Source: Phoronis australis (lineage: Eukaryota; Animalia; Phoronida). From it: a stretch of 64,000 nucleotides of DNA. The stretch covers positions 130,331 to 194,330 of the forward strand of contig NMRA01000630.1 of the NCBI GenBank assembly GCA_002633005.1, in the 5' to 3' direction. Below the pieces are notes generated by a model that saw only the letters and a list, made by a program, of their open reading frames with translations, ran no database searches and was not told the origin of the DNA. Below are positions 11,901 through 24,798 of this stretch, one piece after another. The translations under genes were made by a program, and so were the position numbers. Within the stretch, counting starts at the first letter, position 1; the number at the start of each line of letters is the position of its first letter.

Positions 11901-14900
11901 GTAGTGACACTGACCATGACATGGGCAGCATGACAACAGACTTCCTGCTTTCTATCCCAGCTGGTCGTCATGGAAACAGGTCATCAGGGAAATCTAAGAA
12001 CAGTCATATGTACTCGTACCGGAGTAAGAAGCCGACACCATTGGGCCAGTCTCTGGATGGTGGTCCGTTTAGTTCGGATACAAAACTTTCTGTTCGTGAT
12101 TCTTCATTGCCTGTGTCTGGTAAAGAGAATAAACCTTGGGGTTATAGCAGTGAAAGGGCGGGGCACACATTAAAAAACGTAGATTCAAAATACTCATTAA
12201 AAAACACGGACAGTTTTAGAACTGTACTGTCTCCCAAAATGACTTTGTCACAATTTCAGCCAGAAAGACTTAGAAGTGAACCAAGGGATGCAAGCAAAAG
12301 AGGGCGCCCTCTTCCAAGTTATATAGGCGAGCTGGAAATGTCGCATGTGACAGATCATGGCCATGTTACTCCCAGCTGGGTTGATGACTTGGAGGATATG
12401 ATTGGGCCCTGCCAGAGGGAGCATGTCCCACCTGCACTTCGGGTAAATTCAGCTATGAAATCAAAATCTAGTGGCTATGACAAAATGAGTGTGAATCAAA
12501 ACATTGTTTCTCGCGGGAAACCACCCAGCTGGGTCGATGCGTTGGACTCATCAGTTGTCAGTGGAAGACCAGCGCCCTCATGGGTCGGGGATTTGGACAG
12601 TTCAGCCCTAGCCAGCAGAGGACACTCTTTGCCTTCATATATCGGAGCGCTGGACAAGTCTTGTGTGTCCTCGCTGTCTGTGGCAGGAAATGTTAGTGGT
12701 GGGAAACACTCCAGTTCTAGCGAATCAGATGTGAGCCGTCGCACACCTTCACGAGTGTTGTCGTGGTTCCAAGATTTAGAGAAGGGGAACAACATCGTAA
12801 AACCAACAACTCAGGCACCCAGCTGGGTAGGGGACTTAGAGGTGAGCGCGTACCATGGTCGCCCTAATCCCAGTTGGATTGGTGATGTTTCAACGTCAAC
12901 AGCCATCACGAAGGCAAAAGAAGAGCTGAGTGCAAAGCCGAGACATTTTGAGGGAAAATCTGAAGAAAAACTTTCTCAGTCCCTCTCATCCAACAGCTCG
13001 CAGTCTAGCAAGTTATCTTTGGATGACTTGAAAACAACACCAAGGAAATCTAAAGGGGTAGTGGTGTATGAAGGACGAAGAATGTTGAAAGAAAATGTGG
13101 GGAAAGCGGAGAAAATATCAAACTTGAATAGGGATTCAAGAACTGTTTTTCGGGGTCATCTTCATGGTAACAAAAATCCTGCCAACAAGGGAGACAATTT
13201 AAAATTGAAACAAGGCCCCATCAAAAAGAGCTACAGTGGCTCCCTCTCTCAGCATTCAACTAAGAATAGTGCCAGAAAAGACCATGAGAGTCGGAAAGAA
13301 AATCCAACAAATGACCTCGATGCAGTGAAGGCAGATTGCAGACGTAACGTATATGAAAAAAGAGCTGTCTCATCGGTTACCCAACCGAGCCATCCAGCTG
13401 GGCAACTTGTGTCTAGTGTTACTTTAAACTTTAAACCTGGTGTTTATGACAACGTGAACAGAACACTTTCTACTCAGGAAGTCAACGAGCATTTGACGGC
13501 CAGTGAGATTGCAGTTCTTGACAAGTACAAAGTGAAAGTCACTGGAGGGGGAGACGTGACCGGTAAAGGTTCGCTGACACGTTTATCACGTAAGTGCCAA
13601 AAACTCAACATGTTTTGTGCAATACACGCCTAAAGTATTCAGATAAAAAAACAGCATTCCATGTCATGATGGCCGTACGTCAAATTCATCTTCAGATTAG
13701 CGTTATTTTATGACCAAGAAAGAACGGGAATTAGCGGCAAAATAATTAAGATGGCTTCGACATTGTGTGACTAGAATTGTGGTGCCATATTGACCAGGCA
13801 TTTTTGTCATTTCCAAAATTGGAGCTCTGTTATGACAAAGACGTGCTCTTTTAGTATGTTTTAGTATCATTATCATTTTTGTTTATTGTACACAACATCG
13901 TATTTAGACAAAATACTGTGTGATGGCCAGTTGTGCATAAATTAGAAGAAATGACTGGTAAAGACGAGATGTCACTGATCATTTCAGTACATTCCCTACT
14001 CTAGAATGACATTCCTGCCTTCAATGACTTTCCCGTAAAATCTCAGTCATGACAGTCAACTATCATTATGGAGAAATTGGCTTGTACTTTGCCTTCATTG
14101 TGCAGGGCTACAATTGTGATAAGTTTTGATTGCGCTCACCTTCGTGACTGTCAACTAAAAGGACAATGAATTTCTCTTCTGCTCAAGAATTTGAGGTGCA
14201 TCGTGTCAGATTTCTTTTCCTTTTAAACTATCTGATCTGATTTCTGTGATTGGTCCACACTTTCACAAGCTCAATTTCTTAATCAGGTCATACTTGTTTT
14301 TTATAATCCTTGAACGACTGTTCAGGCTTAATTATTTTTTTTGTGAAATGTGGACGTGGAATTTACTTGCCTCCTTAGGCCAATATTTTGGTACTTCTAG
14401 TAAAATATCTTGACGGTACACCTCTTAGTGGAAACACATTTTTCTTGCATTCTGTTTTGCAGTGTCGCCAATAAAGCTTGCAGACGAGCAGTCAGCCAAA
14501 ACAGAGACCCCTGTTGGTAGCCCTCCAAACACTGATATCATTTTGGATGGTGACAGAACATGGGAGAGAATTCCGTCATAGTAAGAAAAAGTTGCTGTGT
14601 TTGAACATCATTTGCTGTTTATTACAATTGAAAAATATAAATCGGTAAATAAAACAACAAGAATGGATCAACTGAAATTTGAAATTTTCGGATGTAATAG
14701 CTTCCTTTGTCAACAAAAACAAAGGAAGTTATTGCATCCGAAAATTTCAAATTTCAGTTGATCCATTCTTGTTGTTTTATTTACTGATTTATATTCTACA
14801 CTTCGTGAAACAATAGTATCCTTGGGAGGATCTGGATCGCCTTATTTAGTTTCAGATTTATTTTCTACGTTAATTAAAATTGAGAAATTTAGCTCTTAGA

Positions 14901-17900
14901 AGTTGGAACAGTAATGTTGAATATGTTGTGTTTGTTGTAGTCCATAACATCGTTATTAAAGAGACTGCAATATTTTTGAGGATGAAATTCATTTAATCGA
15001 TATTCAATAATACAAAAGGGTGAAAAGAGAAGCAGCTTTAATCCTAAAACTCACTTTAGGTGGAACTTGCATGCTAATTCCTTATCTTTGTGATTCGTTG
15101 GCCAAAGTAGTTAGAAACACAACATATAGCGACGATGTGAATATGGAGTAGGTTGAAAATAGCCAAATGCTTTTAAGAACAAGTTTTGTGCCGTGAATAA
15201 CTGGACGATGTCCAGTAAGTATCATGACGTGGTGTTGGGGAATAACACTGCATGATATGGGCTATGTGAGCCTGCGAAGTACGTCATTAATGCAAAGGTC
15301 ACGTATTTGCAGAATTTTTTGTTTTCACATTTACAATTTGTCAATGAATACAACTGTACTTTGTTTAGCGTAGATTATGTTCAAATAGCATTGTAATTTG
15401 TTTAGTTCCTGCTATACAGTAGCATGGTTAGGAGCATGCAAATGGATATTTAAACTCTAGATTTTGTTTTCAAGTCTTGTCTTCCAATAATGTATTTCCA
15501 GCAAGTCACCCAAGTGTGTTCAGGAACTGAAAACCTCGTCAACTATTCAAGATAGTGGAAAGGTAACAGCTAACTGGCAGTTTTTCTTTTTTGAAACCTA
15601 CGGCTTTCCCCAGTAGTGGTAATCATTGTTATAAAATTGCCAGTCCAATGACCTTGACAGTGAATTGCACTTGGATTCTTGTGGACGAAATGAACATGAT
15701 TTTCATTTCCGTCTGTAATGCCTACATCATGAAGAGAGTGTAGTTAACTCCCCTGCATCTAGAGCTGCTGGATTTATGGGATTAAATTATTGATGGTTGG
15801 TGTGAGTTAGCTTGTCGTTACTGTACATAGCCTCGCTATTTTTGAAATCCATTGTTTTGGTTGACAGTTTAGAGTGAAACCCCTTGTTTTCATTCTTCCT
15901 CACCACAAACTCATTAATGGAAAATGGCCAGGACTATGTAAACTGAATTACTTCACGGACTATATAAACTGAGGTACTTCAGGGACTATACAAACTGGAC
16001 ACGCTTTTGTATCTGATTTGACTATAAGATCCACTTGCACTGTTTGGTTTATTGTCCTGACAATGAAAAGAAATGTCTTGCTTTATTGAAGTAACTCCTG
16101 ACATCACCAGCTTAATGTTTACTGCCTTGAAATTGTGTGTCAGACCAAACAAATGGTTTTGGTTTGTCCATGAATACCGCGATCAGAGTAGCGATTACTC
16201 GAGATGGCCACTCACAATAAAATTATAGTATTTTGTAGCGTGCCTGTTACATGTGATAAAACACGGACCTAATGGAGCTCACTGATTGGTCCAATAAGAA
16301 GGTTCACTGCTACGAGATGGATTTATTTCACTTTGAAATCATCAGTTTAGCGCAATTTGGGGTTTCACACATTTGTATTAAAGATACGCATACTTGTTCT
16401 AGTGCTGTGTACATTTTGCTACTGGTGTCACTTTAACTACTCTTCCTCTAACCTTGCCTGGCTTTCGTAAATGTAAATGTAAATGACGAGTATTTCACTA
16501 TGCTGGATAAGTGTTCACCAAGACTATGATTAACAAAGCTTGTCTCCATCAAAATTTCAACTGTCTACAAACGAAGCACGAGTTCTTGAAAATACGATTA
16601 CATTGATTTGTTGAGGTCGTGTCGTTTCAGATACCCTTCTTCAGGAGTGTGACTTTAGTCGACGGTTTCATTAAGGAGTGTCTTAGTGATGCGTGTGACC
16701 ATATGCCACCCTATTATAAAACAGTTAATATTATTTAAATATTTTTGACACACTGTTTGATTTCACTGTTTTATGGTTCTTTTTTGTTTTTGTTAATTGG
16801 ATATTGGTAAAAGACTGATCTTTTGGATAAAGCAAAAAAACGTTGTTTGTTCTGGTCTCTACCTTGACTCATTTTGAGATCTGCGCTCACCACTAAAAAA
16901 TACCAACCCTCCTCATTCATCCCAGGTCACCTTTTTTTCTTAAAATGCTGTACAAAATCCCATAACCATGGTTTGAAACGCCACAATTTGACAAAAAACA
17001 GATTCTGTCTGCATCATTTTTTGTCGTTTCAAGTGGATTTTCTTTTGGACTACAGTACACCGACTACAGAACACTCTCACCAAGACAATAATAATTATCA
17101 AAAATGTTGTCTGGTTGTATCTGTGATACAGAGTTTTGAGATGGAAAAACATCAATATAAGGCTAGATGTTCATAATTGTCTTTTATTAATAAATGAGAA
17201 AATGAAATTTCACTTGTCCGCCATGTTCCAGTATGTCCTCAGTTGGTGAGACTTTACTGTACGACTCGTGTTGTACCAAGATGGCTCTCAGTGCAGTTGA
17301 AAATAGCAAAATCTGAGTGGTAACCGGCCAACGTTGTATTACCTTTGTATTGAGAGAGATGTGCACAGTGTCGCATTTCAGACAATGTATTTGGCTTACT
17401 TTGCTGATTTTCACCCATCCGCAGCCCACTGTTCTGAGAACGAGGTTGGTGTAACAGGGCCAGTGGCGTCAGTGTCAGACTTGTGTTGTGTATTGACGTA
17501 GTCTACAAATTCAGTTGTTGAATTGACTGTTAAATCTTCATCCAGTGATACCCGCTTATTTCAGAAGATGTCACCACGTCTGACGGGTCGGCAACAGCCG
17601 GGCGGGATGGAGGCATTGAAGAACATGTTGTTTACACTGCAGGCTGTCGCTTCGTCGGCTGACACAGAGTTGAATGAAGGTCATGGTTATGACAGAGACA
17701 CTGTGGCAGAAAGCAGTCAGGTAAGTTACTAGTGATATGTGTAGGTGTCGCCAATTTTACTTATATTAAAATTGCAGATTGGCCTATAAGGTGGCTAAAG
17801 TTCGAAATGAAGGCTTTTTGGCATTTCATGCATCAATACGAGTCGGGATTTTTATCTGGGTCTAAAAAATCCCCAGAGCTCTGCATTCCCTGACAATTAT

Positions 17901-19572
17901 TGCCAAAGAATTTAACCGGCATTCACGAATGTATCTTAGGTGTGAATCTTGGGTGAGAATACTAGAACATGTTAGTTTTGAGGATATTTTTACCCGTGGT
18001 TCACAGAATGAAGATTCGTTTCAAGGTATGACATATTTCAGGCTTGAAAGGGGTTACTAGCCCCCTTTAGTGGCTTAGAATTTTGAGAATGGTTATAAGT
18101 CATGGGTGCTATTCACCCACAATAGGTCTTTTGAAACTGATGTATAATGTCAGTGAAAGTAGATCTTTGTGAACCCTGCTGTTAGTCATACAACAACTGA
18201 ACCAATTGGACTGTGTACAGTAAACACAGCTCACCAAAGGGTTTATGGTCCTGGTGCAAAGATGATAGTTCAATGCCCCCTATGAGTCAGTGAATAGGTG
18301 AGCCCAGAGTGATCAAATAAATCTGTTTAATTTGGATTATAGCCACTTTATTCATCAAACTCATGTCCGGTAACTTTAATGAGTGTTAGTTGTAGCGTTG
18401 GAAATAGCTGGTAGTAGGAGTGTAGGTTGCTGTAAAATTTCCAGTTTTGGACAAACACAATTGCTAAAATTACCATATTTTTATTTTTCAAAAGCCTGCC
18501 ACATTGTTAGAGGTGTTCAAACTTCACCAAATGTTGTTTAGTAATGGCTAATGAAGCCATTCGACAAATGAAACTGAACTTGCCATATCATGTTTCGAAC
18601 TGAAGAAATTTTACCGTTATTGAAACAAATATGCTGGATTGGCCAGACTTCCTAGCTTGAGCCCAGTGAGGCCTGAAATCCGTTTCAAGAATGTGTGCTA
18701 ATTGCACTTTAGATGATATATCACTTTAGACATTTGTTTATGGCACATTTTGTTTCAGTCTCATGAAAATCTCCATTGTGAGGGAGAAGGTCTGGATAAT
18801 GACATGAGAGACGTGATTATGGAGCAGTTTGCAACAGAGCCAGGGGGCAAGTCTCTGGAGAGGCAAGTTATGTTTGTTAGAGACAAATTATTCACGGATT
18901 ATTTCAACTTGCACCACACCGCTTCCTTTGAGTGTTGGTTCCATAGTTAACTCATGTGAACTCACTTTCTGTCAAGAATATTCAAACTTTGATGTAGACG
19001 ACTTGTCATTATAAAGCTGGTCTCAACTTGTCATTATAAAGCCGGTCTCATCTTGCCATTATAAAGCTGGTCTCATCTTGCCATTATAAAGCTGGTCTCA
19101 TCTTGCCATTATAAAGCCGGTCTCAACTTGTCATTATAAAGCCGGTCTCATCTTGTCATTATAAAGCTGGTCTCATCTAGCCATTATAAAGCTGGTCTCA
19201 ACTTGTCATTATAAAGCTGGTCTCATCTTGCTCTTTTTCGATGAATCAAAGCTGCTGTGTCAGTTCAACTTGCTGAGTGTTGTCAGGAACACTAAAAAAA
19301 TACCACTTCTTCTCAAGCTCAGAAATGGAATTCTAATCTAAGACCAATTTTTGACAGTTTGTGGACTAAATCCAAAGCTTGTTTTCGATGAAAGAGAGGT
19401 TTGCAACAGTTTTAAATTGTTAACGGTTGAGTAACTTTTGTAGTGACCAAAGCTGACAGCTGTTTAATAGAGTCACGTTCATTGCAGGGCAATGCAGCAT
19501 CTGTCAAGATTAAAATCCTTGGTTGCCATGGGCAACAGTGAGAAGACATCAGGCAAAGGCAGCAATGAATGA
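8993..19572 (+). CDS. LAS2: LAS2 / C18orf54 (lung adenoma susceptibility 2)-like protein, 10 coding exons, ~896 aa
   Basis: Exons 8993-9029, 9421-9586, 10601-10716, 11823-13589, 14463-14580, 15502-15562, 16631-16692, 17546-17720, 18759-18862, 19488-19572 (2691 nt, phases consistent). Colinear motifs match recalled vertebrate LAS2: YTSATQALNAYIDEF, SMTTDFLLSIPA, DGDRTWERIPSYKSP, GMEALKNMLFTLQAV, KSLERAMQHLSRLKSLV. Confidence 0.82.
14634..14795. repeat. long near-perfect inverted repeat (~76-bp arms, ~8-nt loop) in LAS2-like intron 5
   Basis: AATATAAATCGGTAAATAAAACAACAAGAATGGATCAACTG...CTTCCTTTGT pairs with ACAAAGGAAG...CAGTTGATCCATTCTTGTTGTTTTATTTACTGATTTATATT. Confidence 0.9.
15067..15190 (+). 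repeat. dispersed repeat fragment, second copy at 61861-61985
   Basis: Shared AAACACAACATATAGCGACGATGTGAATATG.AGTAGGTTGAAAAT.GCCAAATG core. Confidence 0.8.
19001..19230. repeat. minisatellite, 25-bp unit x ~9
   Basis: (A/T)CTTG(T/C)CATTATAAAGC(T/C)GGTCTCA tandem in the last LAS2-like intron. Confidence 0.95.
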
Positions 19573-19784
19573 TGGTGATTTCTGGTCAATCACAGTTACA
19601 TGTATCACTAGGATTTATGGTTAGATAGTCATTGCTGGAGTAAGATTTCTTGGGGAATCTTATTATGGGAAGTCTGACCACGGGCCCTTGGTAATTTAAT
19701 GATACCCCATCTAGAGGCCACAAGTTTTATTAGGAGTGACAATTGTGATTGCGAGGTGAGGTCTGGGATTTGTGTAGTGGAACT

Positions 19785-19933
19785 CCTGAATTGTGAGACG
19801 TGCCCCCTGAATTGTAAGGCATGGCCCCTGAATTGTGAGACGTGGCCCCTGAGTTGTGAGGCTTGGCCCCTGAATTGTGAGGCATGGCCCCTGAATTGTG
19901 AGGCATGGCCCCTGAATTGTGAGGCATGGCCCT
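19785..19933. repeat. minisatellite, 21-bp unit x ~7
   Basis: CCTGAATTGTGAGGCATGGCC tandem; explains the spurious repetitive ORFs in three frames. Confidence 0.95.
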
Positions 19934-20007
19934 AAACTGTTAAGCGGGACCCTACACTGTGCCTTTGTTAGCTTCATGATTAATTCTGCTTTGTCCATAT
20001 GGAGTAA

Positions 20008-20253
20008 TGGGCTCCGTTTCAAGAAAACTGACTTAGCTGAGACAAATCGTACATTTCAGTCAGTAAAACTTAAAAATTTGTCTCAAGCCTGTTTCAAGAT
20101 AGAAGTCTTAAGTTTGACTTAAGTTTTTTACTTAAATTTGTCTTAACATTGCCTAACTTATAGGATGCTGAAATGTCAAGTTTTGAAGTTGCTACAAATC
20201 TTAGACTTAAGTCAAAAAGGAACTTTTAAGTCAGTTTCTTGTCATAGGCCCCA
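20008..20253. mobile_element. MITE with GGG...CCC terminal inverted repeats (PIF/Harbinger-like)
   Basis: TGGGCTCCGTTTCAAGAAAACTGACTTA vs TAAGTCAGTTTCTTGTCATAGGCCCCA; many internal CTTAAG motifs. Confidence 0.55.
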
Positions 20254-22560
20254 TGTCTCTCAAGGCCAGGTGCCTTTACATGGCTAGAATGACATAACAA
20301 TACTTCACGTAAAGTTGCCTTTGTTTAGCAGTGACGCCACACAACGTTACCACTGATGCCTTAGGTAAACCACCAAGTCAAATGCATTCCATGTCTTTGT
20401 TATGGAGCTGACATCAATATGTGTGATTAAGTACAAATGTGTGTACTGGGACTGTGTAATCTCTGAGATATCTGTTTAAGTAACTGATCATGTGACTGAT
20501 CATGTGACTGATCATGTGACTGTCTGTCGAATCTGTGAAAGCTATACTCTTTGTATGCCATTGCATGGTGGTTAAGTTGTTGTAAAGGTGTCTTTTATTT
20601 ATTGGCGGCGATTTTTGGGCTTGTCAAGAACTGACATATTGTCAGTGTTTGAGTCCACTGTTGCCTAGTAACTGGGTCTCAGTGGGCCGAGCATGATCTT
20701 AGACAGCTATGAACTGCCAATTCCTTCTATGCCCAAAAAGCTCCCCTCATTTGAGTAAGGAAGATTTTATTGTTTGAAGGAATGCAAATATAGCAGCTTT
20801 AAGTATCCTGTGTAATGTTGCTGGTTACTGATAGATGGCGCTGTTAGTGTGACACTGTTTTATAAACTGTTGTTTGCACCAGTATTATTAGAGCAATAAC
20901 ACATGAGTATTCCATAGACTGCTTTTATCTGATGTATTCACAAGGGCGATCTACAAAGTTAATTGATCATGAACCCTGCCCTGGTGGACATGTGACACTC
21001 CCTTGAAATATTACAATACGCCTTTACGCATCTAAGTTCCAAGCATCTAAATTGTTGCCCTTAACTATCTTTTAGCCTGTGAATCTTTTACCAATCAGAA
21101 CAGTAGAGTGAAAACACTGGCGCTGTTGCCCACCCTGACAGCTGCTTGTCGGCTGTCTGTTGAACATTGTTTGTGATTCCCGTCTGACAATAATCACACT
21201 AGGGGGCGTGGCCAGTCATGCGAGCACGTGATAAAGTTGCTGTACCCCATTTTGGCAAACAAAACGGTTAAAATTCCAACAAACTGTTCAGTTGTATGCA
21301 ATTCATCATAACAAGCGCGTTATCTTTGATCCTGATGCGATGAAAACAAAGCCTTGTGTCATGGTCCGCACTGGTCTGAAAATGTCCGCCATGTCAGAAT
21401 TAGTCCCTTACACTAGTCACTGGTGAGATTCCGTTTGTCGTCACACAACTTTTATAATACCTGTAGCACGCCCTCTGTATGCAGATAATGAAACAGAAAA
21501 GTGATCGCCAGCACTACTTTCTCAATAGTAGTGGTTGTTATTACACCAAAATTGGGTTTTCTCTGGTATTTGCCCAGAGTTTCAGCCTGAAATTCCGAAA
21601 TTACGCTTTTGATTTGGTACATTATAATTGTTGCAAATTAACTAATAAACACGTGATGGAACCTTGGGTTCGTCTTGACAAAGGGCCACTTCCCAAATAA
21701 CCCTGTGTTTTAAATATGCTTCATACCGTTGTTTGTCATTTTTTAATACCACAGTCTACTTTGTTTTGTGTTTTTGCCAGGTTTGCTATCTTTTGATCTT
21801 ATTTCTAAGCTTTTTAAGTGCTGAAGCAGTGGCAGATTTTGATCGTCAGTGAAACTTACGTCTATGCACAGTCCGACTCAAAGATGTCTGCTAATAGTAT
21901 TGTCAGCAGATGTATTTGTTAATGTTATACGGAATGCTCTGGATTGTGTATGACAACTAGTTGATTATTTAGTGCAATTTCAGTTTTCAATTCATTTTCA
22001 TTCTCCAAAAGTCTCTATCGCGTTATTCTTGAGTTTGACGTGGTAAACGGAAATGAGGCAACTCGTACGCCAACATTTGGCCCGGCTTCTGTCACCCCAA
22101 CGCTCTAAGCCAGACTTTGACTTTCTTGTCCTTTCTGATATTGTGAGCATTATTTCTCGTAATAAACGCCAATCAATTTCAAAAGGCCTGTTGCGCGTGA
22201 GTAACACCGATGATTTACAAACATCCTCAAAATTCTCAGCCACTCTCCGGACTACATATTGGAAGCCCAAAACGCCAAAAATCTCTTCCTTGAAGTGCGT
22301 TTGAAAATATATGCAACATATTTTAGGCCAGAGAGGTGATCAGTCAAATTTGATTCGATGGTCCATGTTTGAGAAATTGCAAGTAGTCTGGAACCCAAAC
22401 ATCTAGACGACGGGGGTGCAGGTGGCCTGATGTCTTGTGATACATCAGGCGTGTTTAGGCCACAGGGCCGGGCCGTTACAATAATCACCTGATTATGACT
22501 CGTGGGGACTGAACATGCCATGTAGCCTGTGATGTTACGGTGCCGAGCTGTGTTACAGTG

Positions 22561-23529
22561 CATAGGCGGATTTAAGGGGGGGGGGCAGGGGGCCGTTTAT
22601 TTGTCAAAACTTGTTACAGGACAAGTTTGACAAATTTTCTATTCTTGCATGTATGACGGAGACTCCGGACTTTAAGTATTGAGAGCAACAGACAGCTCCT
22701 GTACTAATCCGTAGGCTACTAATCGATTCTCAAGTTACGGATATCTCAAACTTTACTCTCAAAAAGTGTCCATTTTTACAATATTTCACACCAAGGAACT
22801 TAGAATACGAAATGTATACCGTGAAGCGGAAAAAATAGCAGAACCACTTTGGAACCAAACAATCTCGTGGAAATTTGTTTACTACCTTTCCGAGGTCAAA
22901 GGTCACGGGGCTGTCACTCAAATGGAATCTCCGCAGATGAATGCTGAAGCAGAACCGTTTGTACCTTCGTTTCAATCACTCAGTCGCCATAATATTGAAT
23001 CAACAAGGTGTACCTATGATAGAAAGATGCCGGGGAAAAGGAAGGCAAAATGTAGCTTTTACCCTGAGAGAATTGTGTGTTCGCATGCATATGACCGTTG
23101 AGACTTCATGTTCTGGAGCACACCAAGTTGTGAAAAGAAACAAACCCTCACCCAAGTTCCTTCAGTAGCAGATCTACGTTTTCAACAAGGGGGGTTAGCG
23201 CTGAGTACTGTGGGAGGTCGGGAGGGATTTACCCCCTTCCCGTGTGAGATTTTTTGGTTTTTATAGCTGATTTCGTTTTCCTTGTGACGTTTTTATTTTT
23301 ATTTTTGATCCTGTCCCAGGGGATTAACCTCCTTGAACTCCTCCGTAAATCCGCCTCCGACCTTAATAAGGGTAATTTGGCATTACGCTGTTTCGATCTC
23401 TTGCTCACCGACCCCATTTCTGGATCCATTTCGTACTTGAGTTCCATATCAGTCCCCCAGCGCGTAGTGTGTCTAACAATAAACTGAATGCACCAGCTTG
23501 TCCCACCTAATATGTTGGATCCGCCCCTA
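22561..23529. mobile_element. non-autonomous DNA transposon (GGCGGAT...ATCCGCC terminal family), no clear TSD
   Basis: Left CATAGGCGGATTTAAGGGGGG, right GGATCCGCCCCT; same terminal style as 24780-25594 and 42932-43253. Confidence 0.45.
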
Positions 23530-23948
23530 ACCCAATCGACTTGGTTAGACTTTTTGTGATAATTAAGTTAATTTAGTAGAGCAAATTCAGATGACATTGC
23601 GCGTGAATATTGAAATGATGAGCGTGGATAAGGGTTGTATATGTTTACCGAATAATTAACCACGAAGACCTTGACACTTTCACCCCTCACGTTTTGATCG
23701 GCCTTTTCTCGGCTTCGGCACTGAATCGACTTAATTTGAAATTACGAACACGAGTTCTTGTAAACTGCTCGATGGATTTCGCTGCAACTTTTCAGTTTAA
23801 AAAACGGAATTTTTGTCGTTTGCCTTATTTACTGTCTTAGACACTCGGCCTACACTAAATTGGGGTGTTTGCCAGTACGACCGCAATTATCTCATCCAAC
23901 AAACACCTCTAGCCAAGCCCATGATTACGGCTGGATCACTTCAATCCG

Positions 23949-24220
23949 CATGCGCGCACCCAAAGCGGGGGGAGGCTCGAACGATTCCCCATTTGGAGAA
24001 GTGGACAAAAACGTCCGCCTCAGAGAAACAAAAAGTCCTAGAAAGCGAGACAAAAAGTCCACTAAAAAGGCGCAATCGCACAATTCAGAGCTCTGAACGT
24101 GGTACCCCGTTTTTTATTTTTTTTTTTTATTCTTTTTTAGTCCTACGGCTTTTTTGTTGGTAAAAAGTCCGCATCATCGACAATTCGAGCCCCCCGTATT
24201 AAAGGCTGGGTGCGCGCATG
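23949..24220. mobile_element. MITE, TIR CATGCGCGCACCCA, 5-bp TSD ATCCG
   Basis: ATCCG|CATGCGCGCACCCA ... TGGGTGCGCGCATG|ATCCG; related copy at 34244-34483. Confidence 0.85.
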
Positions 24221-24798
24221 ATCCGTGGCCGGCGGCGCCATCAAGACTTTGGTGTGCCGAGGACTTCGCTGGATACTCTGAGAATAAACAGGCCACTCTT
24301 TCTCGTTCGCTCGCGTGCAAATCCTGATAGTGTAAGGTTTGCTTAGACAACCCTCATTATCTCCCATGGTGTCGAATGCATTTGCTTTCACCTTCAGTAC
24401 AGCTGTCTCATGCCTTTGATTGTCCAACAGGTCTTCATGGTTTCCTTGTTAGGGGTAATTTTAGAACTGTTAATGTTTTGCCCGATACCTCGAAGTAACT
24501 CTAGGCCCCCTCGAAAGGTCCCCAAGGGCCACACCCAGAATGCAGACGCCGGCAGACAACCATTTCTGCACATAGTGGGGTAGTACTCAAGGACTCCTAT
24601 GGTCGCATGTTTGTACCTGCATCTCAGTGGGCTATCGATTCACTAATTCTTACACCACAGTTCGCGGATTAATTTTCTGAACACAAGGGGTGTACTAGAC
24701 TTTTGATCACATGAGATTTGGACCAGCACCGATGAGATAAATATAACTATGTATATAGCTCATTGATCAGCACCCTCTGCATAAGTGGATTTAGGGGG

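Noticed and set aside
11744-13633. 629-aa ORF as a stand-alone gene
   Set aside because: It is one internal exon (11823-13589) with clear acceptor and donor sites and phase-compatible neighbours
19699-20022. Repetitive ORFs (NCEAWPL, GPCLTIQ, MPHNSGA)
   Set aside because: Translation by-products of the 21-bp minisatellite downstream of the LAS2-like stop
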